A stretch of DNA of 41,274 nucleotides from Pseudomonadota bacterium (lineage in GTDB: Bacteria; Myxococcota; Myxococcia; Myxococcales; Anaeromyxobacteraceae), in contig JAEYOU010000117.1 in the NCBI GenBank assembly GCA_023411405.1, forward strand, positions 1 to 41,274, in the 5' to 3' direction. This document shows, one piece after another, positions 29,740-39,636 of the stretch. The notes beneath the pieces were generated by a model that was not told the DNA's origin, searched no databases, and saw nothing but the letters and a program-made list of their open reading frames with translations. How positions within the stretch are numbered: position 1 is the first letter of the stretch; each line of letters starts with the position of its first letter. A program made the position numbers and the translations under genes.

Positions 29740-30153
29740 TCAGCCGCGACCATCGAGCTCCACCAGCCAGGCCATCGCCAGGTCGGGATCGGTGAAGACA
29801 CGAACCTCCACCCCGTTGCTCTTGTGCAGCTGCACGAAGCGACGCATGTTCATCTGCCCGACGACGACCTCGGGGAGCACCACCGCCCAGGACCTCCACC
29901 CCGCTCGCAGCGCCCGATCGCTCCACGCGGTCATGGACCACTCCGAGTCGGCGGCGTTGAGCGCACCGTTGTTCCTGTCGTCGGAGAGCCACTTGGTGGC
30001 TCCGTGCGTCTCCATCAGCTCGACGCCGGCCATCAGCGCCTCGCGGAACCGCTCGCCGTAGATGAACTTCTTGAACCTGTGGTGGACGATCCCGTGCTCG
30101 GGGTGCACCTGAACGGTGGCGAACTCGTTCTCGATGGCGACAATCGTGGGCAT
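29740..30153 (-). CDS. Small hypothetical protein, STAS/SEC14-like (137 aa)
   Basis: KWLSDDR, WAVVLP, FTDPDLAMAWL C-terminus; purine-rich RBS. Confidence 0.7.
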   Translation of the reverse strand: MPTIVAIENEFATVQVHPEHGIVHHRFKKFIYGERFREALMAGVELMETHGATKWLSDDRNNGALNAADSEWSMTAWSDRALRAGWRSWAVVLPEVVVGQMNMRRFVQLHKSNGVEVRVFTDPDLAMAWLVELDGRG

Positions 30154-30555
30154 CCCTTCCCCTCGCTCGCTGGGCGCGGACGCGGCCTCGCAACACCCCG
30201 GCTGCAACGTCCACGCCAGGGCCGCACCAGCGGAGGTGGTTGGATTCCCTCCGTCCTCGGGCAGGTCGAGCACGACCCCAGGTCCCAGCAGGCGGCCCAG
30301 GCTCTGATCGATCCGGCATCGGCCTCGCCACGCTGCACCCCGACACCGGCCTGCGCGCGATGCGCGTCGCCGACGTGGACGGCGTCGTCATCGCCGGGCT
30401 ACGGCGCCGGCGTGGGCTGGGAGGAGAACCCGTCCCGGCGAAGCGGCGATACGCACCTGGCTGCCGTTCGTGGCCCGGGCGCGCGTTTGCGGGAACCGTC
30501 AAGCGCGGCCCTCGGCACCATGCTACTGCTCGCCCGCCGAAGCCGGAGCGGGTTC

Positions 30556-31413
30556 ATGACCACCATCTACGAGCAGATCCAGAACGCCATCGAGCTCGTC
30601 GAGGATCACCTGGGCGGGAGCCTCCGATGCGAGGAGATCGCCTCGATCTGCGGCATGTCCGAGCGGAGCTTCCACAACTACTTCGGCTGCGTCACGGGGT
30701 TCAGCTTCAAGCAGTACCTGATCAAGCGAAGGCTCTCGCGCGCGCTCGAGCTGTTGCTCGACGGGCGACTGCAGGTGGTCGAGATCGCCCTGGAGTCGGG
30801 CTACGAGACCCACGAGTCCTTCACCAGGGCCTTCAGGAAGGAGTTCGGCGTAGCGCCTGTGGACGTCAGGAACGACCCGCGGACGCGGATGGGGCTGCGG
30901 GCCACCGAGAAGCTACAACTGGTCAAGGAGATGTACATGGGAGTCCTCGTGAAGAAGCTGCCGGCCATGCAGGCGCTGTCCTTCAGCGCCTTCGTGCCGA
31001 GTCCAGAAGACACGGCGTTCGCGAAGATGTTCGCGTGGCTGAGCGAGAAGGGGCTCGACGCCGCGCCCCGCCGGGTGTTCGGCCACAACATCGACCGGGA
31101 CGGACACTCGTCGAACGACCCGCAGAACCAGGGCTACAAGGTGCTGCTCTGCCTCGAAGACCTGCGGGGCATCGACACGGCCGGCGCGACGCGCGAGACC
31201 ATCGACGCGGGCAACTTCGTCGTGACGGGCATCGAAGGCACCTGCGAGAACGATCCCTCCGGCGCGTGGATCACGGCCGGCTGGCGCAGGCTGGCCGACA
31301 TGGTGAAAGACAAGAACTACCGGACCAAGCCGTCCGGCCGCTGGTTCGAGGAACACCTGGAGGCCTCGAGGCCCGGCTACATGCGGCTGGACCTGTACTC
31401 GGAGATCGAGTGA
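30556..31413 (+). CDS. AraC-family regulator with N-terminal HTH and C-terminal GyrI-like effector domain
   Basis: IELVEDHL, MSERSFH, YLIKRRLSRA, IALESGYETHESFTRAFRKEFG; GGAG RBS. Confidence 0.9.
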   Translation: MTTIYEQIQNAIELVEDHLGGSLRCEEIASICGMSERSFHNYFGCVTGFSFKQYLIKRRLSRALELLLDGRLQVVEIALESGYETHESFTRAFRKEFGVAPVDVRNDPRTRMGLRATEKLQLVKEMYMGVLVKKLPAMQALSFSAFVPSPEDTAFAKMFAWLSEKGLDAAPRRVFGHNIDRDGHSSNDPQNQGYKVLLCLEDLRGIDTAGATRETIDAGNFVVTGIEGTCENDPSGAWITAGWRRLADMVKDKNYRTKPSGRWFEEHLEASRPGYMRLDLYSEIE

Positions 31414-31579
31414 TCGGGGAGCCCGCCGTCGCCGCGCGGTAGCCTGCTCGTCGGCAGGCCCTGGGAGCCGCATGACCAGCTCGGCTCATCCCCGCCGGCG
31501 GCTCGCACACAGCTCTCGGATTCGCTCGGCCTGCTTCGCGAACGAGCCGTAGATCGCCGGCTCGGCCTCGAAGAGAGCC

Positions 31580-31845
31580 TTGGTTGACCTACAGGTCGAG
31601 GGCGTCAGGGTGGCCGTCTACGATGCCGCGAGAATGGTCGCGGACTGCTTCAAGTTCCGGAACAAGATCGGCCTCGACGTCGCGATCGGGGCGGTCCGCG
31701 AGTTCCGGCGACGGCGGGGGAGCCTCGACCAGCTCTGGGACGCGGTCGGGCACATCGCCCGGTTCGTCCTTCCTCCCCTCCGCGCGGCCGCGACCTCCGG
31801 GGTCTTCGACCTGCACTGGCCGGCAGGAGACCCGTGGGGGAACAC
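31580..31845 (+). pseudogene. Fused remnants of a type IV TA pair: AbiEi-like C-terminal part joined to an AbiEii-like C-terminal tail
   Basis: GVRVAVYDAARMVADCFKFRNKIGLDVA (AbiEi-like) then IARFVLPPL ... HWPAGDPW (AbiEii-like end); both N-termini absent. Confidence 0.65.
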
Positions 31846-31894
31846 CCAGCGAGACGAACTCGGCCGCATCCGCCTCCCGAAGAAGAGCGGTGGC

Positions 31895-32377
31895 ATGACG
31901 ATTCAGACCCACTCGATCGAGCGAGCCGTCGCCGCGGCAGCGTTCTTTCGTCCGCACCTCGGCCCCGAGGTGGTCGCGATCCGGTGCCGCGTCGTGAACC
32001 GGCTCTTCGCGGCCCACGAAGGCGACGCAGAAGATCTCATGAAGGCACTCGACCAGAACGTCACGGTCATCGACCCGCGTGTGGCGGAGGCCGCTTTCGA
32101 TCGCGACTTCGCCGGCGTCCGCACGATGGGGGACGCGGAGCGGGTCGCCGCGGAGAGACTGCGGCGGAGGCTCACGAGCAAGGATGACGTGCCGACGGTC
32201 GAGGACTTCCCGCTCGCGCCGGAGGAGGAGACCCCCGAGTTCCGCGATCTCGCGAACGCGCTCCGGTTCCGCGTCATCCGAGCCTTCGAGCACTGGAACG
32301 GGAACACGGACCTGACCCTGACGGCGATCATCGTCCGTACCGTCCAGCAGGAGCTGGGTCGCGGGTCGGCCTCGTGA
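31895..32377 (+). CDS. Hypothetical protein (160 aa)
   Basis: ATG in frame with the AbiE remnant; GC-biased codons; no recognised motif. Confidence 0.55.
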   Translation: MTIQTHSIERAVAAAAFFRPHLGPEVVAIRCRVVNRLFAAHEGDAEDLMKALDQNVTVIDPRVAEAAFDRDFAGVRTMGDAERVAAERLRRRLTSKDDVPTVEDFPLAPEEETPEFRDLANALRFRVIRAFEHWNGNTDLTLTAIIVRTVQQELGRGSAS

Positions 32378-32420
32378 GTCTGCCCTTCGAGATGCGACCG
32401 CCAGCGGAGCGCGACGCCCG

Positions 32421-35126
32421 ATGAGCTCCGACCGCCGCCTTACGCTTTGCCTGACCCCGCACGGCCGCCTGACGACGATCGCGGCAGACGACGCGCCTAC
32501 GCTCGAGCCGGAGCGCGCCCAGCGCCTCGAGCAGGCCTTCGCGCGAGGCTCCGGCCACGGTCTCCTCCTCCTGGGAGCCGCCGAGGTCGGAACAGTCTTG
32601 CCGCCCGTGTTCGGTTACTGGCGGGAGTTCGGCGCGCGCTTCGTGACGGCCCTCTGCACCAGCCAGGGCGCCGAGGGAACCGAGGAGCTCGCATCTCCTC
32701 CGCTCCCCGCCCCTCAGGAACTCGATGCGCTCGCCTCCGCCGCTCCGCTCATGGTCGGCGCCGAGTATCTCACGCCAGCGACCCTGGAGGTGCTCTGGGG
32801 GGAGCTCGGCGACGCCTTCGCCGAGGAGCGACGCGCGTCGAGAGTCAGCCTTCAGGACTTCCTGAGGAGCTTGAACCCCGCCTGGAACCTCGTCGGCCGC
32901 GTCCACTTCAACCTTGCGGAGAACCGCCACGACGAGGAAGCGCCGTTCGCGTTCCTGGCGACCTACACGAGCCGGCTCTCGGCCCACGGTAAGGCGCAAC
33001 ACCTTCCGCTGGGCCAGGCGCTTCGGGATTACGCCGGGGCCGCCAACAAGTCGCGCCTGCTGTCTCTGCTTCTTCCGGTGCAACGGGCTGCCGAGCGCTG
33101 CGGCTGGCTCAAGCAGATGGTGGACGGCGGCGAGATCTTCCACCCGCTCCGCTGGTCGCCCCAGGAGGCGTTCCGGTTCCTGGGCGACGTCGCTGCCCTC
33201 GAGCATGCCGGTGTCGTGGTCCGCGTGCCTGCCACGTGGCGCGCAGGCCGGCCCTCCCGCCCGATGGTCACGGGCACGGTAGGAGCCGGCGCCCCCTCGG
33301 CGCTCGGGAAGGACGCGCTGCTCGACTTCCGGGCCAGCGTCACCCTCGACGGCGAGGCGCTGACCGCAGCGGAGGTGAAAGCCCTGCTCGCCGGGACCAG
33401 CGGGCTGGCCTTCATCCGCGGCCGGTGGGTCGAGGTCGATCGCGAGCGGATCGACCGATCTCTGCGGCGATTCCAGGAGGCCGAGCGCCTCGCCCGCGAG
33501 GGCGGGCTGAGCTTCGCCGAGGCGATGCGGATGCTCTCCGGTGCCGACATCGCGCCGGCCGGCGAGGCGGCGCGCGTCGATCTCCAGTGGTCGCACGTCA
33601 CCGCCGGGCCCTGGCTCGCGAAGGCGCTCGAGGGGCTGCGCTCGCCGGAGGGGCTCGCGAAGGTGGAGCCCGGCGCGGAGCTGCGCGGGACGCTGCGCCC
33701 CTATCAGCAGGTCGGTCTGCGATGGCTGCACCTCCTCTCGACTCTCGGGCTGGGCGCCTGCCTGGCCGACGACATGGGCCTCGGCAAGACGATCCAGGTG
33801 CTGTCGCTCCTGCTCGCCAGGCGCCGCGCGGGCAAAGACCGCCTGCCGAGTCTCCTCGTGGCGCCGGCCTCCCTCCTCGCCAACTGGACGGCCGAGATCG
33901 AGCGGTTCGCACCGAGCCTGAGAGCGCTCGTCGCCCATCCCTCCGCGACGCCGCCGGCCGAGCTCGAGGCCGTCACCGCCGAGGAGCTCTCGGCGACGGA
34001 CCTCGTCCTCACGAGCTACGGCTCGCTGCTCCGGGTACCCTGGCTCGCGACGACTTCCTGGGACCTCGTGATCCTGGACGAGGCCCAGGCCATCAAGAAC
34101 CCGGGAGCCAAGCAGACCAAGGCCGCCAAGAACCTCGCGGCCCGAAGCCGGATCGCCATGACCGGGACGCCCGTCGAGAACCGGCTTGGCGATCTCTGGT
34201 CGATCTTCGACTTCATCAATCCGGGCCTGCTCGGCTCGGCCAAGGAGTTCACGAGCTACTCCAAGCGGCTCGCCGCGGAGGCCGGCAACCCGTACGCGCC
34301 GCTCCGGGACCTCGTGCGGCCCTACATCCTGCGCCGGCTCAAGACGGACAAGACGGTCATCTCGGACCTCCCGGAGAAGACCGAGATGAAGGCGTTCTGC
34401 CAGCTCAGCCGGAAGCAGGCGGCGCTGTACCAGCAGGCGGTCGAGGAGCTGGCCCGAGATCTCGAGCGGGTGGAGGGCATGAAACGCCGCGGGCTCGTGC
34501 TCGCCTCGCTGATGCGGTTCAAGCAGATCTGCAACCACCCGTCGCAGTGGCTCGGCGACGGTGCCTGGGCCGAGGCGGACAGCGGCAAGTGGGCGCGGCT
34601 CCGCGAGATCGCGGAGGTGATCGCCGAAAGACAGGAGAAGGCGCTCGTCTTCACGCAGTTCCGCGAGGTGACGGCGCCCCTCGCCGCCTTCCTGGGCAGC
34701 GTCTTCGGACGGCCTGGTGTCGTCCTCCACGGCGAGACCGAGGTCAAGAAGCGGAAGGATCTGGTGAAGCAATTTCAGGAGGACGAGTCGGTCCCGTTCT
34801 TCGTGCTGTCCCTCAAGGCCGGCGGCTCGGGCCTCAACCTCACGGCCGCGTCGCACGTCGTGCACTTCGATCGCTGGTGGAACCCGGCGGTCGAGAACCA
34901 GGCCACGGACCGCGCTTTCCGCATTGGGCAGAAGAGGGACGTCCTCGTCCACAAGTTCGTCTGCAGGGGGACGGTCGAGGAGAAGATCGACGCCCTCATC
35001 GAGTCGAAGAAGCAGCTCTCCCGGGATCTGCTAGAAGGAGGCGGCGAGCTGAAGCTGACCGAGATGAAGGACGACGAGTTGCTCGAGCTCGTCTCCCTCG
35101 ACCTCGCCGCGGCGATGAAGGAGTGA
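32421..35126 (+). CDS. SNF2/SWI2-family helicase-like ATPase
   Basis: LRPYQ, LADDMGLGKT, DEAQAIKN, TGTPVEN, LRRLK, LVFTQF, GLNLT, WWNPAVENQATDRAFRIGQ. Confidence 0.95.
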   Translation: MSSDRRLTLCLTPHGRLTTIAADDAPTLEPERAQRLEQAFARGSGHGLLLLGAAEVGTVLPPVFGYWREFGARFVTALCTSQGAEGTEELASPPLPAPQELDALASAAPLMVGAEYLTPATLEVLWGELGDAFAEERRASRVSLQDFLRSLNPAWNLVGRVHFNLAENRHDEEAPFAFLATYTSRLSAHGKAQHLPLGQALRDYAGAANKSRLLSLLLPVQRAAERCGWLKQMVDGGEIFHPLRWSPQEAFRFLGDVAALEHAGVVVRVPATWRAGRPSRPMVTGTVGAGAPSALGKDALLDFRASVTLDGEALTAAEVKALLAGTSGLAFIRGRWVEVDRERIDRSLRRFQEAERLAREGGLSFAEAMRMLSGADIAPAGEAARVDLQWSHVTAGPWLAKALEGLRSPEGLAKVEPGAELRGTLRPYQQVGLRWLHLLSTLGLGACLADDMGLGKTIQVLSLLLARRRAGKDRLPSLLVAPASLLANWTAEIERFAPSLRALVAHPSATPPAELEAVTAEELSATDLVLTSYGSLLRVPWLATTSWDLVILDEAQAIKNPGAKQTKAAKNLAARSRIAMTGTPVENRLGDLWSIFDFINPGLLGSAKEFTSYSKRLAAEAGNPYAPLRDLVRPYILRRLKTDKTVISDLPEKTEMKAFCQLSRKQAALYQQAVEELARDLERVEGMKRRGLVLASLMRFKQICNHPSQWLGDGAWAEADSGKWARLREIAEVIAERQEKALVFTQFREVTAPLAAFLGSVFGRPGVVLHGETEVKKRKDLVKQFQEDESVPFFVLSLKAGGSGLNLTAASHVVHFDRWWNPAVENQATDRAFRIGQKRDVLVHKFVCRGTVEEKIDALIESKKQLSRDLLEGGGELKLTEMKDDELLELVSLDLAAAMKE

Positions 35127-35129
35127 GGC

Positions 35130-36017
35130 ATGTTCTACGATTGGCGGCCCTACGTCACCGCGGCAGAGCGCCGGCGCACGGCCGAGCGGGAGATGCAGCG
35201 GCTGCGGAAGAAGGGGCACCCGGTCTCGCCCGTGGTCGTCGAGGGCCGCACGATCGCTCGAACTTTTTGGGGGAAGTCGTGGTGCGACAACCTCGAACGC
35301 TACAGCGACTTCTCGAATCGCCTGCCGCGCGGGCGCACCTACGTGCGGAACGGCTCCGTGGTGGACCTGCAGGTGAACCCCGGCGATGTCTCGGCGATCG
35401 TCTCGGGCTCGGAGCTGTACCGGGTCGCGGTGAAGGTGGCATCGGTCCCCAAGGACCGCTGGGCTTCGATCCGCCGAGATTGCGCCGGCTCCATCGACTC
35501 GCTCATCGAGCTCCTGCAGGGGCGCTTCTCGAAGGGCGTCATGGAGCGCATCTGCCGGGAGAAGGCCGGTCTCTTCCCCTCCCCGGCCGAGATCGAGTTC
35601 TCGTGCAGCTGCCCCGACTGGGCCTCGATGTGCAAACACGTCGCGGCGGTGCTCTACGGGATCGGTGCGCGGCTCGACGAGAAGCCCGAGCTGCTCTTCA
35701 AGCTACGCGGCGTCGACGAGAAGGACCTGATCACCAAGGCCGGAAGCGGCCTCCCGCTGTCGAAGTCCGGACCGTCGCGGGACCGGGTCCTCGCAGCCGA
35801 GGGACTCTCCGAGCTCTTCGGCCTCGAGCTCGATGCGGGTGAGGATGTGGCAGCACCCAGAACGCGTGCAGCGCCTGAGCGGCGCGCTCGGTCGACCAGG
35901 GCCAACCCTGCCGCCGCGAAGCCCAACCGTGTCACCCGGCGGGCACGGCTCTCCCGCCGCGGCGGATCCAAGCAGCCGAGGGGGAAGAAGCGCGGGGCCC
36001 AGAGGGCCCAGCGCTAG
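35130..36017 (+). CDS. SWIM zinc-finger protein
   Basis: NRLPRGRTYVRNG and CSCPD...CKH; directly follows the SNF2 gene. Confidence 0.9.
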   Translation: MFYDWRPYVTAAERRRTAEREMQRLRKKGHPVSPVVVEGRTIARTFWGKSWCDNLERYSDFSNRLPRGRTYVRNGSVVDLQVNPGDVSAIVSGSELYRVAVKVASVPKDRWASIRRDCAGSIDSLIELLQGRFSKGVMERICREKAGLFPSPAEIEFSCSCPDWASMCKHVAAVLYGIGARLDEKPELLFKLRGVDEKDLITKAGSGLPLSKSGPSRDRVLAAEGLSELFGLELDAGEDVAAPRTRAAPERRARSTRANPAAAKPNRVTRRARLSRRGGSKQPRGKKRGAQRAQR

Positions 36018-36061
36018 GCAACGACCAAGAGAGGCATCACCGCCGCCGGCTCGATGGCCGC

Positions 36062-36394
36062 TCAGGTTCGCCGCCCCGTCTCCACGTGGTCCGCGAGCAC
36101 GGAGCCGACCCGATCGGCGAGGATCATCTCGCAGCCGGGCACCGCCTTCGCGAAGTGGCGCGAGAGGCCGGTGATGGTGCCGCCCGAGCCTACGCCGCAG
36201 ACCATCGCGTCGATCCGGCCCCCGAGCTGCTCGACGATCTCGGGCCCGGTGGTCGCCTCGTGCGCGGCCGGGTTGGCGGGGTTGGCGAACTGGTTGACGT
36301 AGAAGGCGCCCTCGTCGCGGGCGAACCGCTCGGCCAGGTCCTGGTAGTACTCCGGGTGACCCTTCTCCACGTCGGAGCGGGTGATGATGACCTC
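36062..36394 (-). pseudogene. Internal fragment of cystathionine beta-synthase / cysteine synthase family gene
   Basis: EVIITRSDVEKGHPEYYQD, NQFANPAN, TTGPEI, GVGSGGT; the N-terminal PLP-Lys region and the C-terminus are missing. Confidence 0.8.
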
Positions 36395-36502
36395 GCTCGG
36401 ACACCCCTGATGCTCTACCGGATGTTTACAAGATGCGCCGGCACGCCGCGCGGCTGGACGGCGACCGCGGGCCCCGTGTCCCGCGATCGCCGTTCTGGGC
36501 CG

Positions 36503-37858
36503 CTAGAACTGGTGTTTCACGCCGAGGCCGACCGCGAGCGGATCGCCGCCGGCCGGGGTGTTGGGGCCGACCACGGCCTGGGAGCCACCGACCGGGAAGG
36601 TGTAGCGCGCGTTCTCGTCGTTCCAGATCTGCGCGTACTGCAGATACACCTGCGTGCTCTTCGCGAAGAAGTACGCCGCTCCGAGGGCGAGGTTGGAGGC
36701 GCCGTAGTCGTCCGTCTGGCCGTCCGCTCCGCCGACCAGGGTGGCATCGCCGGACTCCGCCTGCGAGTAGCGGGCACGGAGCTCCCACGCCTTGTAGCGG
36801 TGCTTGAGGTTCACCTGCCAGGCGTCGCGCTCGTACTTCTCGACGGCACCGGCCGGCGCGTCGTCCTGTTCCAGGGCGAGCCGCTCGTAGATGGCCCCCA
36901 CGGTCGTTGCACCGGCCGCCCAGTCGAGCTGGTAGCCCGCGCCCACCCGCCAGGCGAAGTCGTTGGAGTGGGCGGCGGCCGTGGCGGTCCCGATGGTGTT
37001 CGCGGCGGTGGCACCGAAGGGGAAGGGGCCGGCCGCGACGCCGTTGATGCCGGCCAGCGCGAAGCCGTCTTTGTGGAGCTCGTAGGCGCCGATGACCGAG
37101 AGGCCGGCGAGATCGTAGGCGACCGAGGCCGAGTAGAGGGTCGGGTCCTGCGTGCCGCTGGCGTTCTTGAACTCGTTCGTGGAGTACTGGAGCTTCAGGG
37201 ACAGGCCGGCGACGACAGGAGAGTGGTAGGCGATGGAGTTGTTCGCCCGGACGTCGAAGCCGGTGACGGGGCTGGACGAACCGGTGGCCCAGCCGCTGCT
37301 GCGGTAATTGAAGCCAGGGCTGGAGAGGACGCCGGCGAAGCCATAGACGTCGGTCACCGTGAAGGGGTCGTCCACCTTGGTGGCGTAGATGGCGGTCTTG
37401 AACGGGGTGTCCCAGTTTCCGTAGAAGAGGGCGCCGTACTTGCCGGAGAAGCCGACGCGGCTGTTGCGGTTGCACAGGCTGGCGTTGTTGATCCCGTCGA
37501 TGCTGGCGCCGGTCTCGCATTGGAACACGACCGCGAACCCGATCGGCAGATCGTACGAGCCGCGCAGGCCGATGTTCGAGGAGTCGATCGAGACCGCTCC
37601 CCGCCCCTTCACGTCGGCGCCGGTTGCCGTCGCCCCCTTGGCCTGCGTGAACTGACCGTTCACGTTGAAGGTGCCGTAGATGGCGAACGACGGCTTCGCC
37701 GGTGCCTCGCCCGTGGCCGGCTTCGGCGGTGGCTCGGTCGCCGCCGGGGTCGAGGGCTCCGCCGTCGAGGCTTGAGCCTCCACGCCGCGCGGCGCGAGGA
37801 GCGCCGCGAGGAGCAACAGCGTGCCGGCGCCGGCAAGGTAGGTAGATCGTCTCGTCAT
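36503..37858 (-). CDS. Gram-negative porin
   Basis: Signal peptide, Pro-rich linker, SSNIGLRGS, NRNSRVGFSG, NSIAYHSP, YFFAKSTQVY, C-terminal LGVKHQF. Confidence 0.85.
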   Translation of the reverse strand: MTRRSTYLAGAGTLLLLAALLAPRGVEAQASTAEPSTPAATEPPPKPATGEAPAKPSFAIYGTFNVNGQFTQAKGATATGADVKGRGAVSIDSSNIGLRGSYDLPIGFAVVFQCETGASIDGINNASLCNRNSRVGFSGKYGALFYGNWDTPFKTAIYATKVDDPFTVTDVYGFAGVLSSPGFNYRSSGWATGSSSPVTGFDVRANNSIAYHSPVVAGLSLKLQYSTNEFKNASGTQDPTLYSASVAYDLAGLSVIGAYELHKDGFALAGINGVAAGPFPFGATAANTIGTATAAAHSNDFAWRVGAGYQLDWAAGATTVGAIYERLALEQDDAPAGAVEKYERDAWQVNLKHRYKAWELRARYSQAESGDATLVGGADGQTDDYGASNLALGAAYFFAKSTQVYLQYAQIWNDENARYTFPVGGSQAVVGPNTPAGGDPLAVGLGVKHQF

Positions 37859-37923
37859 GTCGGGTTCCCTCTTCCCGGCCCGGCGAACGGGCAGCGGGGC
37901 GCTGGAGCGTGTGGCAGACGTAT

Positions 37924-37989
37924 ATCCGTTATGACGGATGCGCCGTCAAGCCCCAGAGGCCGCTTGACGACTCATCCGTTATAACGGAT
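37924..37989. promoter_or_regulatory. Divergent promoter region with two 16-bp palindromic operators flanking back-to-back TTGACG -35-like hexamers
   Basis: ATCCGTTATGACGGAT (37924-37939) and ATCCGTTATAACGGAT (37974-37989); CGTCAA 37944-37949 and TTGACG 37964-37969. Confidence 0.7.
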
Positions 37990-38107
37990 TCTCCGTTCAA
38001 TGAGGCGCACGCGCGTGGGGCGCCGAAGCGCACCGCCTGGTACGAGCGCCACGCCGGCCCGTCCGCTATACCGGACGGGCATCCAGGAACAGAAAGGAAC
38101 CCCATCC

Positions 38108-39163
38108 ATGCACCCTCCCCGCGCCCGTCACCTCCTCAAGAGCCTGCTCCCGCCCGCTCTGCTCGCCGCCGTCATCGTCGGCGGCGCGCTGGTCGGAGGC
38201 GCTGGACCTGCCCGCGCCGCCGACAAGCCGGTCACGCTGCTCAATGTCTCGTACGATCCTACCCGCGAGTTCTACGACGCCGTGAACCCCGCCTTCGCGA
38301 AGGCCTGGAAGGCGAAGACCGGCCAGGACGTGACGTTCCGCCAGAGCCACGGCGGCTCGGGTTCCCAGGCGCGCGCCGTCGCAGACGGGCTCGAGGCCGA
38401 CGTGGTGACGCTCGCCCTCGCATGGGACATCGACGCGCTCGCGGCGAAGGGCTTGGTGGATCCCGGCTGGCAGAAGCGGCTCCCCGACAACGCCGCGCCG
38501 TATACCTCGACCATCGTCTTCCTCGTCCGCAAGGGCAACCCGAAGGGCATCCGCGACTGGGACGACCTCGTGAAGCCAGGCGTCGAGGTCATCACCCCGA
38601 ACCCGAAGACCTCGGGCGGCGCGCGCTGGAACTACCTCGCCGCCTGGGCCCACGCGCTCGCGAAGCCGGGCGGGAACGAAGCCAAGGCCCGCGCCTTCGT
38701 CCAGGAGCTGTACCGCCACGTGCCGGTGCTCGACTCCGGCGCCCGCGGCTCGACCATCAGCTTCGTCGAGCGCAGCATCGGCGACGTGCTCCTCGCCTGG
38801 GAGAACGAGGCGCTCCTCGCGGCGAACAAGCTGGGAAAGGGCAAGTTGGAGATCGTGACGCCCCGCGTATCCATCCTCGCCGAGCCGCCGGTCGCGGTCG
38901 TGGACAAGAACGTGGACCGCCGCGGCACGCGCGCGGTGGCAACCGCGTACCTCGAGTTCCTCTACACGCCCGAGGGCCAGGAGCTCGCGGCGAAGCACTA
39001 CTACCGGCCGCGCGACGCGAAGATCGTGGCGAAGTTCGCGGCGTCGTTCCCGAAGGTGGAGCTGGTCACGGTGGACACGGTGTTCGGCGGGTGGAAGCAG
39101 GCGCAGGCCACCCACTTCGCCGACGGCGGCGTCTTCGATCAGCTCTACCAGCCCGGAAAGTGA
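38108..39163 (+). CDS. sbp: Sulfate/thiosulfate ABC transporter substrate-binding protein
   Basis: [77 protein letters not shown]. Confidence 0.93.
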   Translation: MHPPRARHLLKSLLPPALLAAVIVGGALVGGAGPARAADKPVTLLNVSYDPTREFYDAVNPAFAKAWKAKTGQDVTFRQSHGGSGSQARAVADGLEADVVTLALAWDIDALAAKGLVDPGWQKRLPDNAAPYTSTIVFLVRKGNPKGIRDWDDLVKPGVEVITPNPKTSGGARWNYLAAWAHALAKPGGNEAKARAFVQELYRHVPVLDSGARGSTISFVERSIGDVLLAWENEALLAANKLGKGKLEIVTPRVSILAEPPVAVVDKNVDRRGTRAVATAYLEFLYTPEGQELAAKHYYRPRDAKIVAKFAASFPKVELVTVDTVFGGWKQAQATHFADGGVFDQLYQPGK

Positions 39164-39636
39164 CGCGCGGGGAGCGCGAGGGCGGTCCCGAGGAACACGG
39201 GCCTCGGGATCGCTCTCGCGGCTCCCGCTTCGGTCGAGCTCGATCTCGCCCGGGAGGGGCCTCGGCGAGCTGGTCGCGCCGCGTGGTCCGCGAGCTCGCG
39301 GACGTCCTCGGCGCGGAGCTTCTCGGGGGCGATCGCGGCCCCGACTGCTCGTGCACACGGTCTCGGGGGTCCCCGGGGGACCTCCACCTCCAAGTCACGC
39401 CCCGCTGGGCACGCAAGGACAACGGCCCGGTCACCTCGTGGGCGACCGGGCCGTCGTGATGGTTGCGGGGGCGGGCCTTGGCGGACGGTCCACCTCCTGG
39501 TGGGCTACCGCCGTTCCCCCTGTACAGCTGAGCTTCCGCGTTGCTGTGAATCGACACTCGATGAGAACGACCCTCGGTCAGCCGCACGCGCACACCGAGG
39601 CCCCGAAGCCGGAGGGAGGTAGCGCGGGAGCCCGTC

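Noticed and set aside
30240..30550. Possible gene remnant upstream of the AraC gene (MRVADVDGVVIAG...)
   Set aside because: Short and no family recognisable
39160..39459. ORF starting at a GTGA overlap with the sbp stop, expected position of cysT
   Set aside because: Translation has no transmembrane segments or CysT motifs
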